From positions 227,486 to 291,485 of the IMG/VR virus record IMGVR_UViG_3300030332_001481: 64,000 nt of DNA; one strand, written 5' to 3'. The stretch's first letter is position 1; each line of letters starts with the position of its first letter. The translations under genes and the position numbers were made by a program. Shown in pieces: positions 51,440 through 60,359 of this stretch. The notes beneath the pieces are model-generated. The model had not been told where the DNA came from. It searched no databases and saw only the letters and a program-made list of their open reading frames with translations. The stretch comes from a virus. Lineage: Duplodnaviria > Heunggongvirae > Uroviricota > Caudoviricetes.

Positions 51440-52052
51440 AACTGAGCTTTTCTTCTCGGTAGACATCGAGACCGATGGACCGAACGTACTCACCAACTCC
51501 ATGCTGAGCCTGGGTGTGGCGTGCTTCAAGCCTACAGGGGAGCTGATGGGTACCTTCTCGGCGAACTTGAAGCCGCGTGAGGGTGCCGTACAGGACGAGC
51601 GCACCATGCGGGACTTCTGGGCGAAGAACCCAGAGGCGTGGGAAGCGACTACGAAGGACCAGGTCGACCCGCACACAGCTCTACCGGCCTTCGTGTCGTG
51701 GGTAGATACCTTCGAGGCAGATCTGAAGACCTGTGTGGCGTTCCCTGCTGGGTTCGACTTCACTTTCCTGTACCCGTACATGCTGACGTACGCCGGCCGG
51801 AGCCCCTTTGCGTGGTCCTGCCTAGACGTCAAAACCATGGTGTCGGTGATTCGTCGCACGCCTTACCGGTTCGCCACCAAGAAGCGTTGGCCGAAGCGTT
51901 GGTTTAATAAGGGCCTTCCACACACCCACGTAGCCATCGAAGACGCCATCGAGCAGGGGCTCTCTTTCCTGAAAATGAGGGCGGACTTTCTTGAAGGATC
52001 TGAGGCAGTTACAGCTGTTGATACCAAGTTCTGGGAAACTTTCGATCAGTGA
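51429..52052 (+). CDS. DEDDh 3'-5' exonuclease
   Basis: SVDIETDGP, FDFTFL, LDVKT, THVAIEDA. Confidence 0.9.
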   Translation: MTTKTELFFSVDIETDGPNVLTNSMLSLGVACFKPTGELMGTFSANLKPREGAVQDERTMRDFWAKNPEAWEATTKDQVDPHTALPAFVSWVDTFEADLKTCVAFPAGFDFTFLYPYMLTYAGRSPFAWSCLDVKTMVSVIRRTPYRFATKKRWPKRWFNKGLPHTHVAIEDAIEQGLSFLKMRADFLEGSEAVTAVDTKFWETFDQ

Positions 52053-52260
52053 GTTCCGAAAACAACTCGGTTTCGAGTGCTTTCATAGACTATGAAAGAA
52101 TCGACGGAGACTTGCTGAAGAAGATGTACCCGAACCTCAGGCTCACCCTCACGCGTGATTTTCCCTATCTAGGGAAAGAAGACCTGGAGCTGCTCTCGGG
52201 CCTCATTCTCAGCCTGTGCCCCCGATGCCGTAACAACAGCAAACCTTGTAGGTGTGAGTA

Positions 52261-52881
52261 GTGAAGTCCGATCTGAATCCGTCTGAGAAGAAGTACGCCA
52301 AGAACACATGGGAGCTGGCTCAGTTCCATGCGGGTATCCCCCGCCCCTACTGGGGCCCCATCAACCTCGCAAAGCCAGACTTCGGTGTCTACGTCTGGGA
52401 GCAGTACGAGGACGAGAGAGGAGCCATTAGTCCCGCCAGACAGAGCGAATGGTACAAGACGCTACTCGATGAGAGCAACTGGCTGGAGCCGTTCCTCATC
52501 ATCATTTCGTCGGACAAGGACGATGGAGAGGCACTGCGCGTCGGGTTGAACCTCATCAAGAAGGCGACTCAGCTCCCGAAGTACAAGACCCACGTGGCGA
52601 ATTCCATGGAGTTCAACGCAGTACGGAACCGTAAATTCATCGGCCCCTTCGAGGATGCGACAGAAGCGGCATGGCCGGACATTTGTCTGCTCTACAACGT
52701 CTTCGATGACTCCAGCATGGACCGGATTCAGCAGGTCCGGGACTGGTCAAAGTACTTCGAGAACCGGTTTCGAATTATCTGTGCAGGTGGGGACACGGGG
52801 GAACTCATCAAGAAGCTGAAGCTGGATACCACCGCAGCGTTCTTCCTCAAGAAGCAGCCCAAGGTCATGGTCCGAGTCTAA
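52261..52881 (+). CDS. Possible degenerate helicase-loader (DnaC-like) protein
   Basis: AGIPRPY N-terminal motif and position before DnaB; no intact Walker A. Confidence 0.35.
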   Translation: MKSDLNPSEKKYAKNTWELAQFHAGIPRPYWGPINLAKPDFGVYVWEQYEDERGAISPARQSEWYKTLLDESNWLEPFLIIISSDKDDGEALRVGLNLIKKATQLPKYKTHVANSMEFNAVRNRKFIGPFEDATEAAWPDICLLYNVFDDSSMDRIQQVRDWSKYFENRFRIICAGGDTGELIKKLKLDTTAAFFLKKQPKVMVRV

Positions 52882-52897
52882 AGGTTCCTAATCAATC

Positions 52898-54295
52898 ATG
52901 AGTAATTCGAAAGACGAGCCCGTCATTGATGAGGGGCTCGTCGCTAACCACAAAATCGAGATGGCTTCTATCCGAAGCATCTTCGACGCTCCGAGCGAGA
53001 AGATCCGCTCCAAGCTCCTCACGGGGCTGGGAGATGACATGTTCGGCACCCAGCGGGGGCGTGACTGCTGGAAGGTAGTCACCGAGGTGCTGTCTACGGC
53101 CACCTTGGACAGCTTTCCTAGCTGGGAGATGTTCCTCTCCACCCCCGAGCTGTCTCAGGCCGACAGGGACGTACTAGGCAACAAGTCGATCAAGGTCATC
53201 CGTACCCTGGACGATGCGACGCGGGCCCTCTCCATTCTGGAGAAGACGCGTCAGCGTCGCATCGGGTACTTGTGCGCCGACTCCATCACCCGAACGGTCA
53301 ACGAGCACGGGAACAAGACCAAGCCGGACGATCTACGTCGCATCCTCGAAGACAGCCTCAACAAGATGAAGGGGGAGATCGACGAGGAGCAAATGCACCA
53401 CGTCGGCTTCACCTCGGAAGAGGAGAACGAGAACGACGACGAGTTCATCGAGGACCTACTCAACCCCGATGAAGTCCGAACAATCCCCACCGGATTCATT
53501 GCGTTCGATTCCAGAGCGGGCGGCGGCTTGGGTGTGCAGGACCTTTTCATCCCTGCGTCACACAAGAAGGGTGGTAAGAGCATCATCACCCTCAACATCT
53601 GTGCGAACATGTATATGCAGTCAAACCAGAACTGCATCTACATCCCCCTAGAAATGAGCCGTGCGGAGACCATGCAGCGTCTCCTCTCGTACATTTCACA
53701 CGTCCCTCACGCGAAGATCAGGTCTCCCAATAAGCTGTCCGCGGAAGAGAAGGATCTCATCTTCTCACGTTGGCGCGCTTTCAAGAAGCACGGCAAGAAG
53801 AACAAATGCCGCTTCACGATCTGGGCGCACTCTAACCTCACCGTTCCGCAGCTACGGGTCCGTCTCAAGCCTTACCGCTACAACGTAGCCGCAATCGACT
53901 ACATCAACCTCCTGGAGGCTCCGGGCTTCGAGAAGAAGGGCGAGTGGGAGCGTCTCAACACCGTGGCGCGAGACCTGAAGCTCATGACCAAGGCGCTCAA
54001 CATGATGATCATGGCGCCCACCCAGATGAACGAGGACGGTTCGCTGCGGTACGCTAGAGGTCTGGCTGAGCACGCTAACGTCGTATGGACGTGGACGTTC
54101 GATGACGAGGCGCGAGACATGAATCGCATCACGATCAGCCAGCCGGCTGTGCGCTCATTCGAGCCGTTCAACTTCGACCTGAAGACGGAGTTCTTCAAGA
54201 TGCGTGCGACCGACCTGATGGAGAACTTATCCCAGGAATTAGGTGATCACGAGTTATCTGACAGACACCGACCCCGTAGTAACCCATTCAAATAG
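52898..54295 (+). CDS. DnaB-like replicative helicase
   Basis: IPTGF..FD, GGKS, PLEMS, IDYINLL, LK, TQMN motifs. Confidence 0.9.
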   Translation: MSNSKDEPVIDEGLVANHKIEMASIRSIFDAPSEKIRSKLLTGLGDDMFGTQRGRDCWKVVTEVLSTATLDSFPSWEMFLSTPELSQADRDVLGNKSIKVIRTLDDATRALSILEKTRQRRIGYLCADSITRTVNEHGNKTKPDDLRRILEDSLNKMKGEIDEEQMHHVGFTSEEENENDDEFIEDLLNPDEVRTIPTGFIAFDSRAGGGLGVQDLFIPASHKKGGKSIITLNICANMYMQSNQNCIYIPLEMSRAETMQRLLSYISHVPHAKIRSPNKLSAEEKDLIFSRWRAFKKHGKKNKCRFTIWAHSNLTVPQLRVRLKPYRYNVAAIDYINLLEAPGFEKKGEWERLNTVARDLKLMTKALNMMIMAPTQMNEDGSLRYARGLAEHANVVWTWTFDDEARDMNRITISQPAVRSFEPFNFDLKTEFFKMRATDLMENLSQELGDHELSDRHRPRSNPFK

Positions 54296-54311
54296 AGACA
54301 AGAAATAACAA

Positions 54312-54530
54312 GTGCCCAGCGATTCTCATGTTAAACTCGATGGAGTTGTCACCGACGTACACCCCGGAGGACAGTTCGGCATTGAGCTAGATACCGGCCT
54401 CAACGTGAAGGCCAAGTTGTGCGGTAAGATGCGGACCAACAAGATCCGCGTCCTCCTCGGAGACAGGGTCCAAGTGAGCCTGTCCCCCTATGATCTTACG
54501 CATGGGATCATCTCTTTCCGCTATAAGTGA
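54312..54530 (+). CDS. infA: Translation initiation factor IF-1
   Basis: GKMR...IRVLLGDRVQVSLSPYDLTHGII.FRYK. Confidence 0.95.
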   Translation: MPSDSHVKLDGVVTDVHPGGQFGIELDTGLNVKAKLCGKMRTNKIRVLLGDRVQVSLSPYDLTHGIISFRYK

Positions 54531-54557
54531 ATCCTGAGATGGTCGTTATTTACCACT

Positions 54558-54737
54558 ATGCCTGCTGTAGTGTGTAAAAAGTGCGGCCTCAGAGCCAAGG
54601 TATTCGGGGACCCTGCAAAGGGTCTCGTTTGCTCCAATTGTAAGGCCCCACTGCGTGAGCTGAGTAAGTCTCAGTGCATCAAGTGCAAGGTGCGGGTACC
54701 ACGAGAGAAGAAGCTCTGCGCAAGCTGCAGATCGTAA
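54558..54737 (+). CDS. Small multi-CxxC zinc-ribbon protein
   Basis: Manual translation MPAVVCKKC...CSNC...CIKC...CASCRS. Confidence 0.6.
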   Translation: MPAVVCKKCGLRAKVFGDPAKGLVCSNCKAPLRELSKSQCIKCKVRVPREKKLCASCRS

Positions 54738-54747
54738 GGACCACACC

Positions 54748-54996
54748 ATGAAAAAGTTCAAGTGTACCAGGTGCCACACGGACGCACTGATGCCTGCACA
54801 TCGCGTTGTGAGGGCGCTTGCTTGCCCCAACTGCAAGTGTGCGATGAAGGCAATGGATGACGTGCAGACGTGCCGTAAATGTGGCTCTGTATTCGCTGCA
54901 GGGCTCTCTGCCTGCTCAAAGTGCAAGGTAGAGCGGACGACCCAACGCCGTGACCCGCAGTCGAAACGGAAAGCCATCAAAAAGGAAGATGCCTGA
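54748..54996 (+). CDS. Double zinc-ribbon protein
   Basis: Four CxxC pairs. Confidence 0.65.
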   Translation: MKKFKCTRCHTDALMPAHRVVRALACPNCKCAMKAMDDVQTCRKCGSVFAAGLSACSKCKVERTTQRRDPQSKRKAIKKEDA

Positions 54997-55358
54997 CTTC
55001 ATCAGCCCCTCAAGCTTACTCCGCAAGAAGTACGAACAGCGGAAAACAGAATTAGTCCAAGTCTCTCCATCCCCCGTAAGTGACATCTGCAAGCACTGTT
55101 GGTTTGCCTCACAGTGTACTATTCGTACACTGACTCGCAACCCTCCTAGGAGCTGCTGCGTTTACGACTTCTTCTCACAGAGAGTAGATCCTCCTACGCT
55201 AGAAGAGGTTGTAGCCCATACGTGCGACCGTATGTGTAAAAGCAGACAACAGTGGGAGTACGATCCCTGTGTACACGACCGGAACTACTGCGATAAGCAC
55301 TGTCCCGTGAGCAAGTACATCAAGGACGAACCTCCCTCGGATGCAAAGGATGTCCCGT

Positions 55359-56498
55359 ATGACGACTACGGATGATACAGATTCTACAGATCTTTCCTTC
55401 TCGGTAGATGTTGAGAGCGGTGACCTCACTGAGGCACTCAAGAACATCAGCCTCTTCGTGGGTCCTGGGTGTATCGTCTATATCAAGGCGTCAGTTCACC
55501 CAAAGAATCCTGACGTAGGGAAGCTCCTCATCGAAGCGGGCCAGAACGGGGTGTACATGTCCACGTACATCTCCGCTGAAGTCATGGAGGAGGGGAAGTT
55601 CTGCATTCCTATCTCTAGCCTCACGACACTGTCACTCAAGACAAAGAAGCCGCTGTCTCTTCGTATCGGAGAGGATAAGCGACTCAAGATCCAGTCAGGG
55701 AACTTGAACTTCAGGCTGGTATGCTCTCCTTGGAGCATAGCCCATCTGCAGCGTCCTAGATCCAAGATCGAGCCACAGGTGAAGATCCATGGGTCCCAGT
55801 TTCAGCTAGGGGCACGGCTCACCACTCTGGCCTCTCCTGTCCCTGGTACTACCCCGGTGGTCAACGTAGAGATGGCCGAGAAGCTCTCCATGAGCATCAC
55901 AGACTACTACCGAGCACTCCTCTACACGGAGACGTTGGACGCGAAGTTAGAGCCCCCTCTGCGAGCCAGCCTGCGTCCCGACCTGGTGCAAGGGATCAGT
56001 TCCAGGTTTGCGAAGTTCGATATCGAGCTGGGGGAGGACCGAGGGGTCTTCATGTGTAAGGCCGGCAGAACTAGGTTGTATTACCCAACTGTACAGGCCT
56101 ACGACGCAATCTCTGTCGAGGAAGAAATCCGCTCCTTCCCTGAAGACAAGCGACTAGGGGAGTTCAGCGTGGACGCAGAAGCGTTTGCAACCGCTGTCGC
56201 ACAGTGCTCGTCCATCTCACGCAGAAACAAGGATGCAGAACCAGCCCTAAACGTGCTAGTGATGGGCAACCGTCTCTTGACTCAGGTCAAGGCAGGAGCT
56301 GATGTGGCGGAGTCTGAGACGCGTGTTAGTTCTGACTTTGCCAAGCACATGTTCAAGATCAGCGTGAGACACTTAGTGGAGACGCTTGCAGGATTGAAGG
56401 GGTCGGACTGCATCCTGAAGTTCGAGGTGTGGCCCAACCTAGTACGAGTAAGCGGGCTCAATGAGCACTACATGGCTGCGTTTCCCGTAGTAGACTGA
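55359..56498 (+). CDS. DNA sliding clamp (DnaN/beta-like), divergent
   Basis: About 380 aa, three beta-alpha-beta repeats, TDYYR (compare TDGHR/TDSYR), in the replication cluster. Confidence 0.65.
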   Translation: MTTTDDTDSTDLSFSVDVESGDLTEALKNISLFVGPGCIVYIKASVHPKNPDVGKLLIEAGQNGVYMSTYISAEVMEEGKFCIPISSLTTLSLKTKKPLSLRIGEDKRLKIQSGNLNFRLVCSPWSIAHLQRPRSKIEPQVKIHGSQFQLGARLTTLASPVPGTTPVVNVEMAEKLSMSITDYYRALLYTETLDAKLEPPLRASLRPDLVQGISSRFAKFDIELGEDRGVFMCKAGRTRLYYPTVQAYDAISVEEEIRSFPEDKRLGEFSVDAEAFATAVAQCSSISRRNKDAEPALNVLVMGNRLLTQVKAGADVAESETRVSSDFAKHMFKISVRHLVETLAGLKGSDCILKFEVWPNLVRVSGLNEHYMAAFPVVD

Positions 56499-56876
56499 GC
56501 ATAGACTAATGATCAAAGCACTCAATCAGATCCCGTGGAAGTCGTTGGAGATGGGGCGTCTGACGCAGTATAATGACCTGTACTGCGTCAAGACGGGCAT
56601 CATCCTGAACCGCCCCAAGAAGGTCAAGCTCTACGACGACGTGTTCGTGTCCCTCTACAAGTTCAAGGGGGAGTCACGGTCCACACTCGGCTACGCACTG
56701 CAGGTGAAGCGCGACTTCGCCCAGACCTACGCCACAGGTCTCTATGTATCGTTGATGGGCGAAGTAGAGACTCATACACAACCAGACCTCATCTACGACG
56801 ATCCCCGCCTGTACCTGTACAAGTTCAACTCACGTAAGAGGCCCGCGTACTGGTGCCTCGTAAGGCATAGAGTATA

Positions 56877-57560
56877 ATGGCTTCGCGATGTCTAGTTCTA
56901 GACCTGGAGACGGTAAACCCGCACGATGGGGCGGAGGAGAAGCCCACTGTCTCGGAACACCAGATCGTCACCGCAGGCATGCTGTGGCTCAATGATGACC
57001 TTTCCCTACACAAGGCTTCCGCGCTGTCTGTGCGAGATGGGCGCACGGAAAGTGACGTCATCGAAGCCGTCATCGGCGAGCTAGACGATGATACCGTCCT
57101 CGTCACATGGAACGGGCGTGCTTTCGACGTTCCAGTCCTGGTCTACCGTTGCATGCACCTCAAGATCCCGTGCCCGTGGTTCTTCAAGAAGGGGGTGGAC
57201 AACCGCTACAACCGGACGGGACACTACGACCTACGTGATCACATGAACTTCGTGGGGGCAGCCTGGGGCATCGACCTGGATAGAGCTGCCCACCTTGTGG
57301 GCCTTCCAGGAAAGCTCGGTACAGACGGGAGTGATGTCTCCAACTTGTACAGGGCTAACCGCATCAACAAGATCGAGACCTACTGCGTCACTGACGTCCT
57401 ACAAACGGCGGCAGTCTACGTGAGATGGTTATTTGTGATGGGGGTTGTCAGCCCCGAGGAACTAGAGCTGTTCCACATGAGTATTCGTAACTACCAGCCC
57501 ACACAAGGCACAGTCCAAGCAGCCTTTGACTTGATCAACTCTGAAGTCTCCATCTTCTAA
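56877..57560 (+). CDS. PolB-type 3'-5' exonuclease (stand-alone)
   Basis: LDLET, TWNGRAFDVPVL, HYDL, GLPGK...DGS.V, YC..DV. Confidence 0.9.
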   Translation: MASRCLVLDLETVNPHDGAEEKPTVSEHQIVTAGMLWLNDDLSLHKASALSVRDGRTESDVIEAVIGELDDDTVLVTWNGRAFDVPVLVYRCMHLKIPCPWFFKKGVDNRYNRTGHYDLRDHMNFVGAAWGIDLDRAAHLVGLPGKLGTDGSDVSNLYRANRINKIETYCVTDVLQTAAVYVRWLFVMGVVSPEELELFHMSIRNYQPTQGTVQAAFDLINSEVSIF

Positions 57561-57573
57561 ATCGAGCGTAATA

Positions 57574-58734
57574 ATGTCATCTGATAACGATCTTGCTTTC
57601 GTCTGCGGAGTCGCAGGAAGCTCCAGCCTTCAGGCAGGACTCCTACGCATGTTTACTTCCTTCCCCCTTGAGTCCGCCACTCTGCTACTGAAAGCGGATC
57701 CGAAAGCTTCATGGGACTCTTTCCAACTTGATGTGGATCAGGAGAGTAAGACACTCTGCTTCAGGTATGACCCCACGACCGTGTCGGCCCAAAAGCTCTC
57801 AGAGCGTATTGTGGCGGTGTGGGTTATCGCGTATACGCTAGACTCCACCCAGTGGAAGCTCTCATCGTTTGCGCCATTTGCAGAGCATGCCGAAGAGATT
57901 GCGGATTGCCTGCGTGACTCGGACATTACCAGCGAAGGCGACATCGCTAACTTCATGCATGACGTACTGGAGCTGGCCGCACGTTGGCTAGTCCACTACA
58001 TCGATTGCTTTGATCTGGTCAAGACCACGAACAAGAACCTCCTGTTCGGCATCATGAGCGTGTTCGAGAACGGAGAACTCTCTCGCCGCCGTCGGGTGTG
58101 TGAGGCGCGGTTCGGGCTCAAGTCGTGGCTTGAGTTTGAGGCGCGTGAGGGTGCCACTGCGGAGGACTTCTGGCTGGATGACCTCGGTTACGACCCGAGC
58201 CGACCGTGGGAGCAGGTGGACACCAACATGGAGCGGATGTACGCTCTCACACCCGAGTCGTGCGAGATCCTGTCACAGAACCTGAGCAAGTGGGCTACGT
58301 GCGGCATCATCCTAGAGCCGAGCCACTATTTCAACGTCCCTACTGAGCTACCTTCATGGAGGCTCAAGAAGCCGCCGTCGAGGCAGGACATCCTCAACCA
58401 CCTACTGACTTTCTGGGACCACTCCGCTAGCTTTGATGTGTCGTCCCACTGCCTTGAGATCGCACTGATGGTAGACGACCGGGCCGTAGGGACATTCAGT
58501 ACACGGGAGTTCACGCGGGATGGCCTCATCCTGGATCCAAACGGAACCAACCCCACCGAACCAGTGTCGTTCTACGGCGATGACTTCGACGACTTCGAAG
58601 ACGACGATGATGACCTTTTCGAGCACACCAGCAATGACGCTGGTCCCTACGAGTACACCCTAAACGCCGAGGAGGGTGACTTTGTCTTCTCTATGCCCTT
58701 CCACGGCGACCCCAACAAGTTCGGATTGAACTAA
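57574..58734 (+). CDS. Hypothetical protein
   Basis: 386 aa ORF. Confidence 0.75.
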   Translation: MSSDNDLAFVCGVAGSSSLQAGLLRMFTSFPLESATLLLKADPKASWDSFQLDVDQESKTLCFRYDPTTVSAQKLSERIVAVWVIAYTLDSTQWKLSSFAPFAEHAEEIADCLRDSDITSEGDIANFMHDVLELAARWLVHYIDCFDLVKTTNKNLLFGIMSVFENGELSRRRRVCEARFGLKSWLEFEAREGATAEDFWLDDLGYDPSRPWEQVDTNMERMYALTPESCEILSQNLSKWATCGIILEPSHYFNVPTELPSWRLKKPPSRQDILNHLLTFWDHSASFDVSSHCLEIALMVDDRAVGTFSTREFTRDGLILDPNGTNPTEPVSFYGDDFDDFEDDDDDLFEHTSNDAGPYEYTLNAEEGDFVFSMPFHGDPNKFGLN

Positions 58735-58745
58735 GGAACTATGAG

Positions 58746-59462
58746 ATGCCTACCTCCACGATGTGGGACCCTGTAAACCCTCCTGCTGTCAAGACATTGA
58801 CGGTGTGCGTGGTATCAGACACCCACGGCATGCAGGGGCAGATGAAGGCACTGCCCCAGGCTGACGCAGTCATTCATGCGGGTGACTTCACTGCACGTGG
58901 GGAGTACCAGCAAGTGCAATCCTTTGCTGATTGGGGAGACTCCATGAGTCTTCCTAAGCACCGACGGATCTGCATTGCAGGCAACCATGACATCTCGCTC
59001 CAGACGAAGCCTGAAGTCACGGAGCCGATAGTTCGTGAGGGCTGGACGTATTTGCGGGAGTGGGATACTGACCTTGAGGGTCTGAAAGTGTGGGGTTCAC
59101 CTTGGAGCCCAATGTTCTTCCCAGAACATTGGTCTTTTCAGCTTCAGCGTGGCAGCCACGCCAGAGATCACTGGGCGGAGATGCCTGACGACGCCGACAT
59201 CGTTGTCACTCATGGTCCTCCCTTTGGTTACGGTGACCTCACATCACGAGGCTATCACGTGGGTGACGTGGACCTTCTAGAGAGACTGAGAGTGGTGAAG
59301 CCTCGGCTTGTCGTGTGTGGTCACATTCACGAGGGGTATGGCGTTTATGCCACCGACTGGGGAGGCATGGTTGTAAATGCTTCAACGTGTACACTGGGCT
59401 ACGCGCCAAAGAACAAGCCGATTGTTGTTAGACTACCGCAGGTGGGACACCAGTACAAGTGA
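58746..59462 (+). CDS. Calcineurin-like metallophosphoesterase (MPPED-like)
   Basis: SDTH, HAGD, AGNHD, THGPP, GHIHEGYG. Confidence 0.93.
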   Translation: MPTSTMWDPVNPPAVKTLTVCVVSDTHGMQGQMKALPQADAVIHAGDFTARGEYQQVQSFADWGDSMSLPKHRRICIAGNHDISLQTKPEVTEPIVREGWTYLREWDTDLEGLKVWGSPWSPMFFPEHWSFQLQRGSHARDHWAEMPDDADIVVTHGPPFGYGDLTSRGYHVGDVDLLERLRVVKPRLVVCGHIHEGYGVYATDWGGMVVNASTCTLGYAPKNKPIVVRLPQVGHQYK

Positions 59463-59617
59463 ATGAAAAGGGCAGAGAGCGTAACCTTCACGAAGATGAT
59501 GGTGAAGGCGACCCCTTCAACACACTTTGGATCATTCTCATCCTAGGTGTGCTGTGTCTAGCTCAGTACTGCGGTATCCTACACCCGTAAACGAGAACTA
59601 CCTTTCCAAGGACACGT

Positions 59618-59785
59618 ATGAAACTCAGTCTTGAAGACGCCAATGCAATCGCCAAGGAAGTGAGCGCAGAACTGCGAGAGCTTGAGATCCCCGTTCGGGT
59701 CAACAAGAACTTCGTTCTCGCCATGTTCAAGGTGCAGAAGGCCCTCCACAAGGAGGCTAAGAAGCAGAAGGCGGCAAAGACCTAG
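59618..59785 (+). CDS. Small basic protein
   Basis: MKLSLEDANAIAKEV... with AAGGA RBS; 55 aa. Confidence 0.55.
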   Translation: MKLSLEDANAIAKEVSAELRELEIPVRVNKNFVLAMFKVQKALHKEAKKQKAAKT

Positions 59786-60345
59786 ACTTCCTCGTCCTCA
59801 TCCAACAGAATGACACCATTCAGGTAGAGCCTGCGCTTCACGGCCGGGCTCTTTGTCTTTCTGTACTGCTCCCAGAGCTTCACCACGTCTGCAGTTGTGC
59901 CGACAGTAGTCTGTTCCCTGACCTCGTCGTATACGAGAGCCACGCCCTCAAACTCCTGCGACAGCTCCTCGAATACCTCACGAGGCGTAGGACTCAGTGG
60001 GTACTCGGAAGCCCCTGTGTAGCCTCTCCTGCCCATGCTCTTGATGTACTCTAGGGAGAGCCCGCGATTCCTGATGTACCCCACACAGAAACCGGCCAGG
60101 AAGAGCGCAGTGTCTCCCAGTCGTTGATGCACCTCAAACCTTCTGTGAGGCGACGGCTCGGAGGTGACCTCCATGAGGAGGTCGACCAGAGGTCGGTTCA
60201 CGTCAAACGCTTTCGACGCCTGTCGGACCAGAAGGTCAACGATGTAGAACTCAGACCAGTGTGATAGTTTCAAGCCTACAGTGGACAGGGCCTTGTTCAC
60301 TACTTCATGGAAGTAGGATTGAACAGGAGTGTCATCTATATCCAC
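59782..60345 (-). CDS. Conserved bacterial-type hypothetical protein
   Basis: YF...V..A...EFYIVDLL...LGD.ALF.AGF...Y..MG...Y pattern. Confidence 0.7.
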   Translation of the reverse strand: MDIDDTPVQSYFHEVVNKALSTVGLKLSHWSEFYIVDLLVRQASKAFDVNRPLVDLLMEVTSEPSPHRRFEVHQRLGDTALFLAGFCVGYIRNRGLSLEYIKSMGRRGYTGASEYPLSPTPREVFEELSQEFEGVALVYDEVREQTTVGTTADVVKLWEQYRKTKSPAVKRRLYLNGVILLDEDEEV

Positions 60346-60359
60346 TGTAGGCTCCTTGG

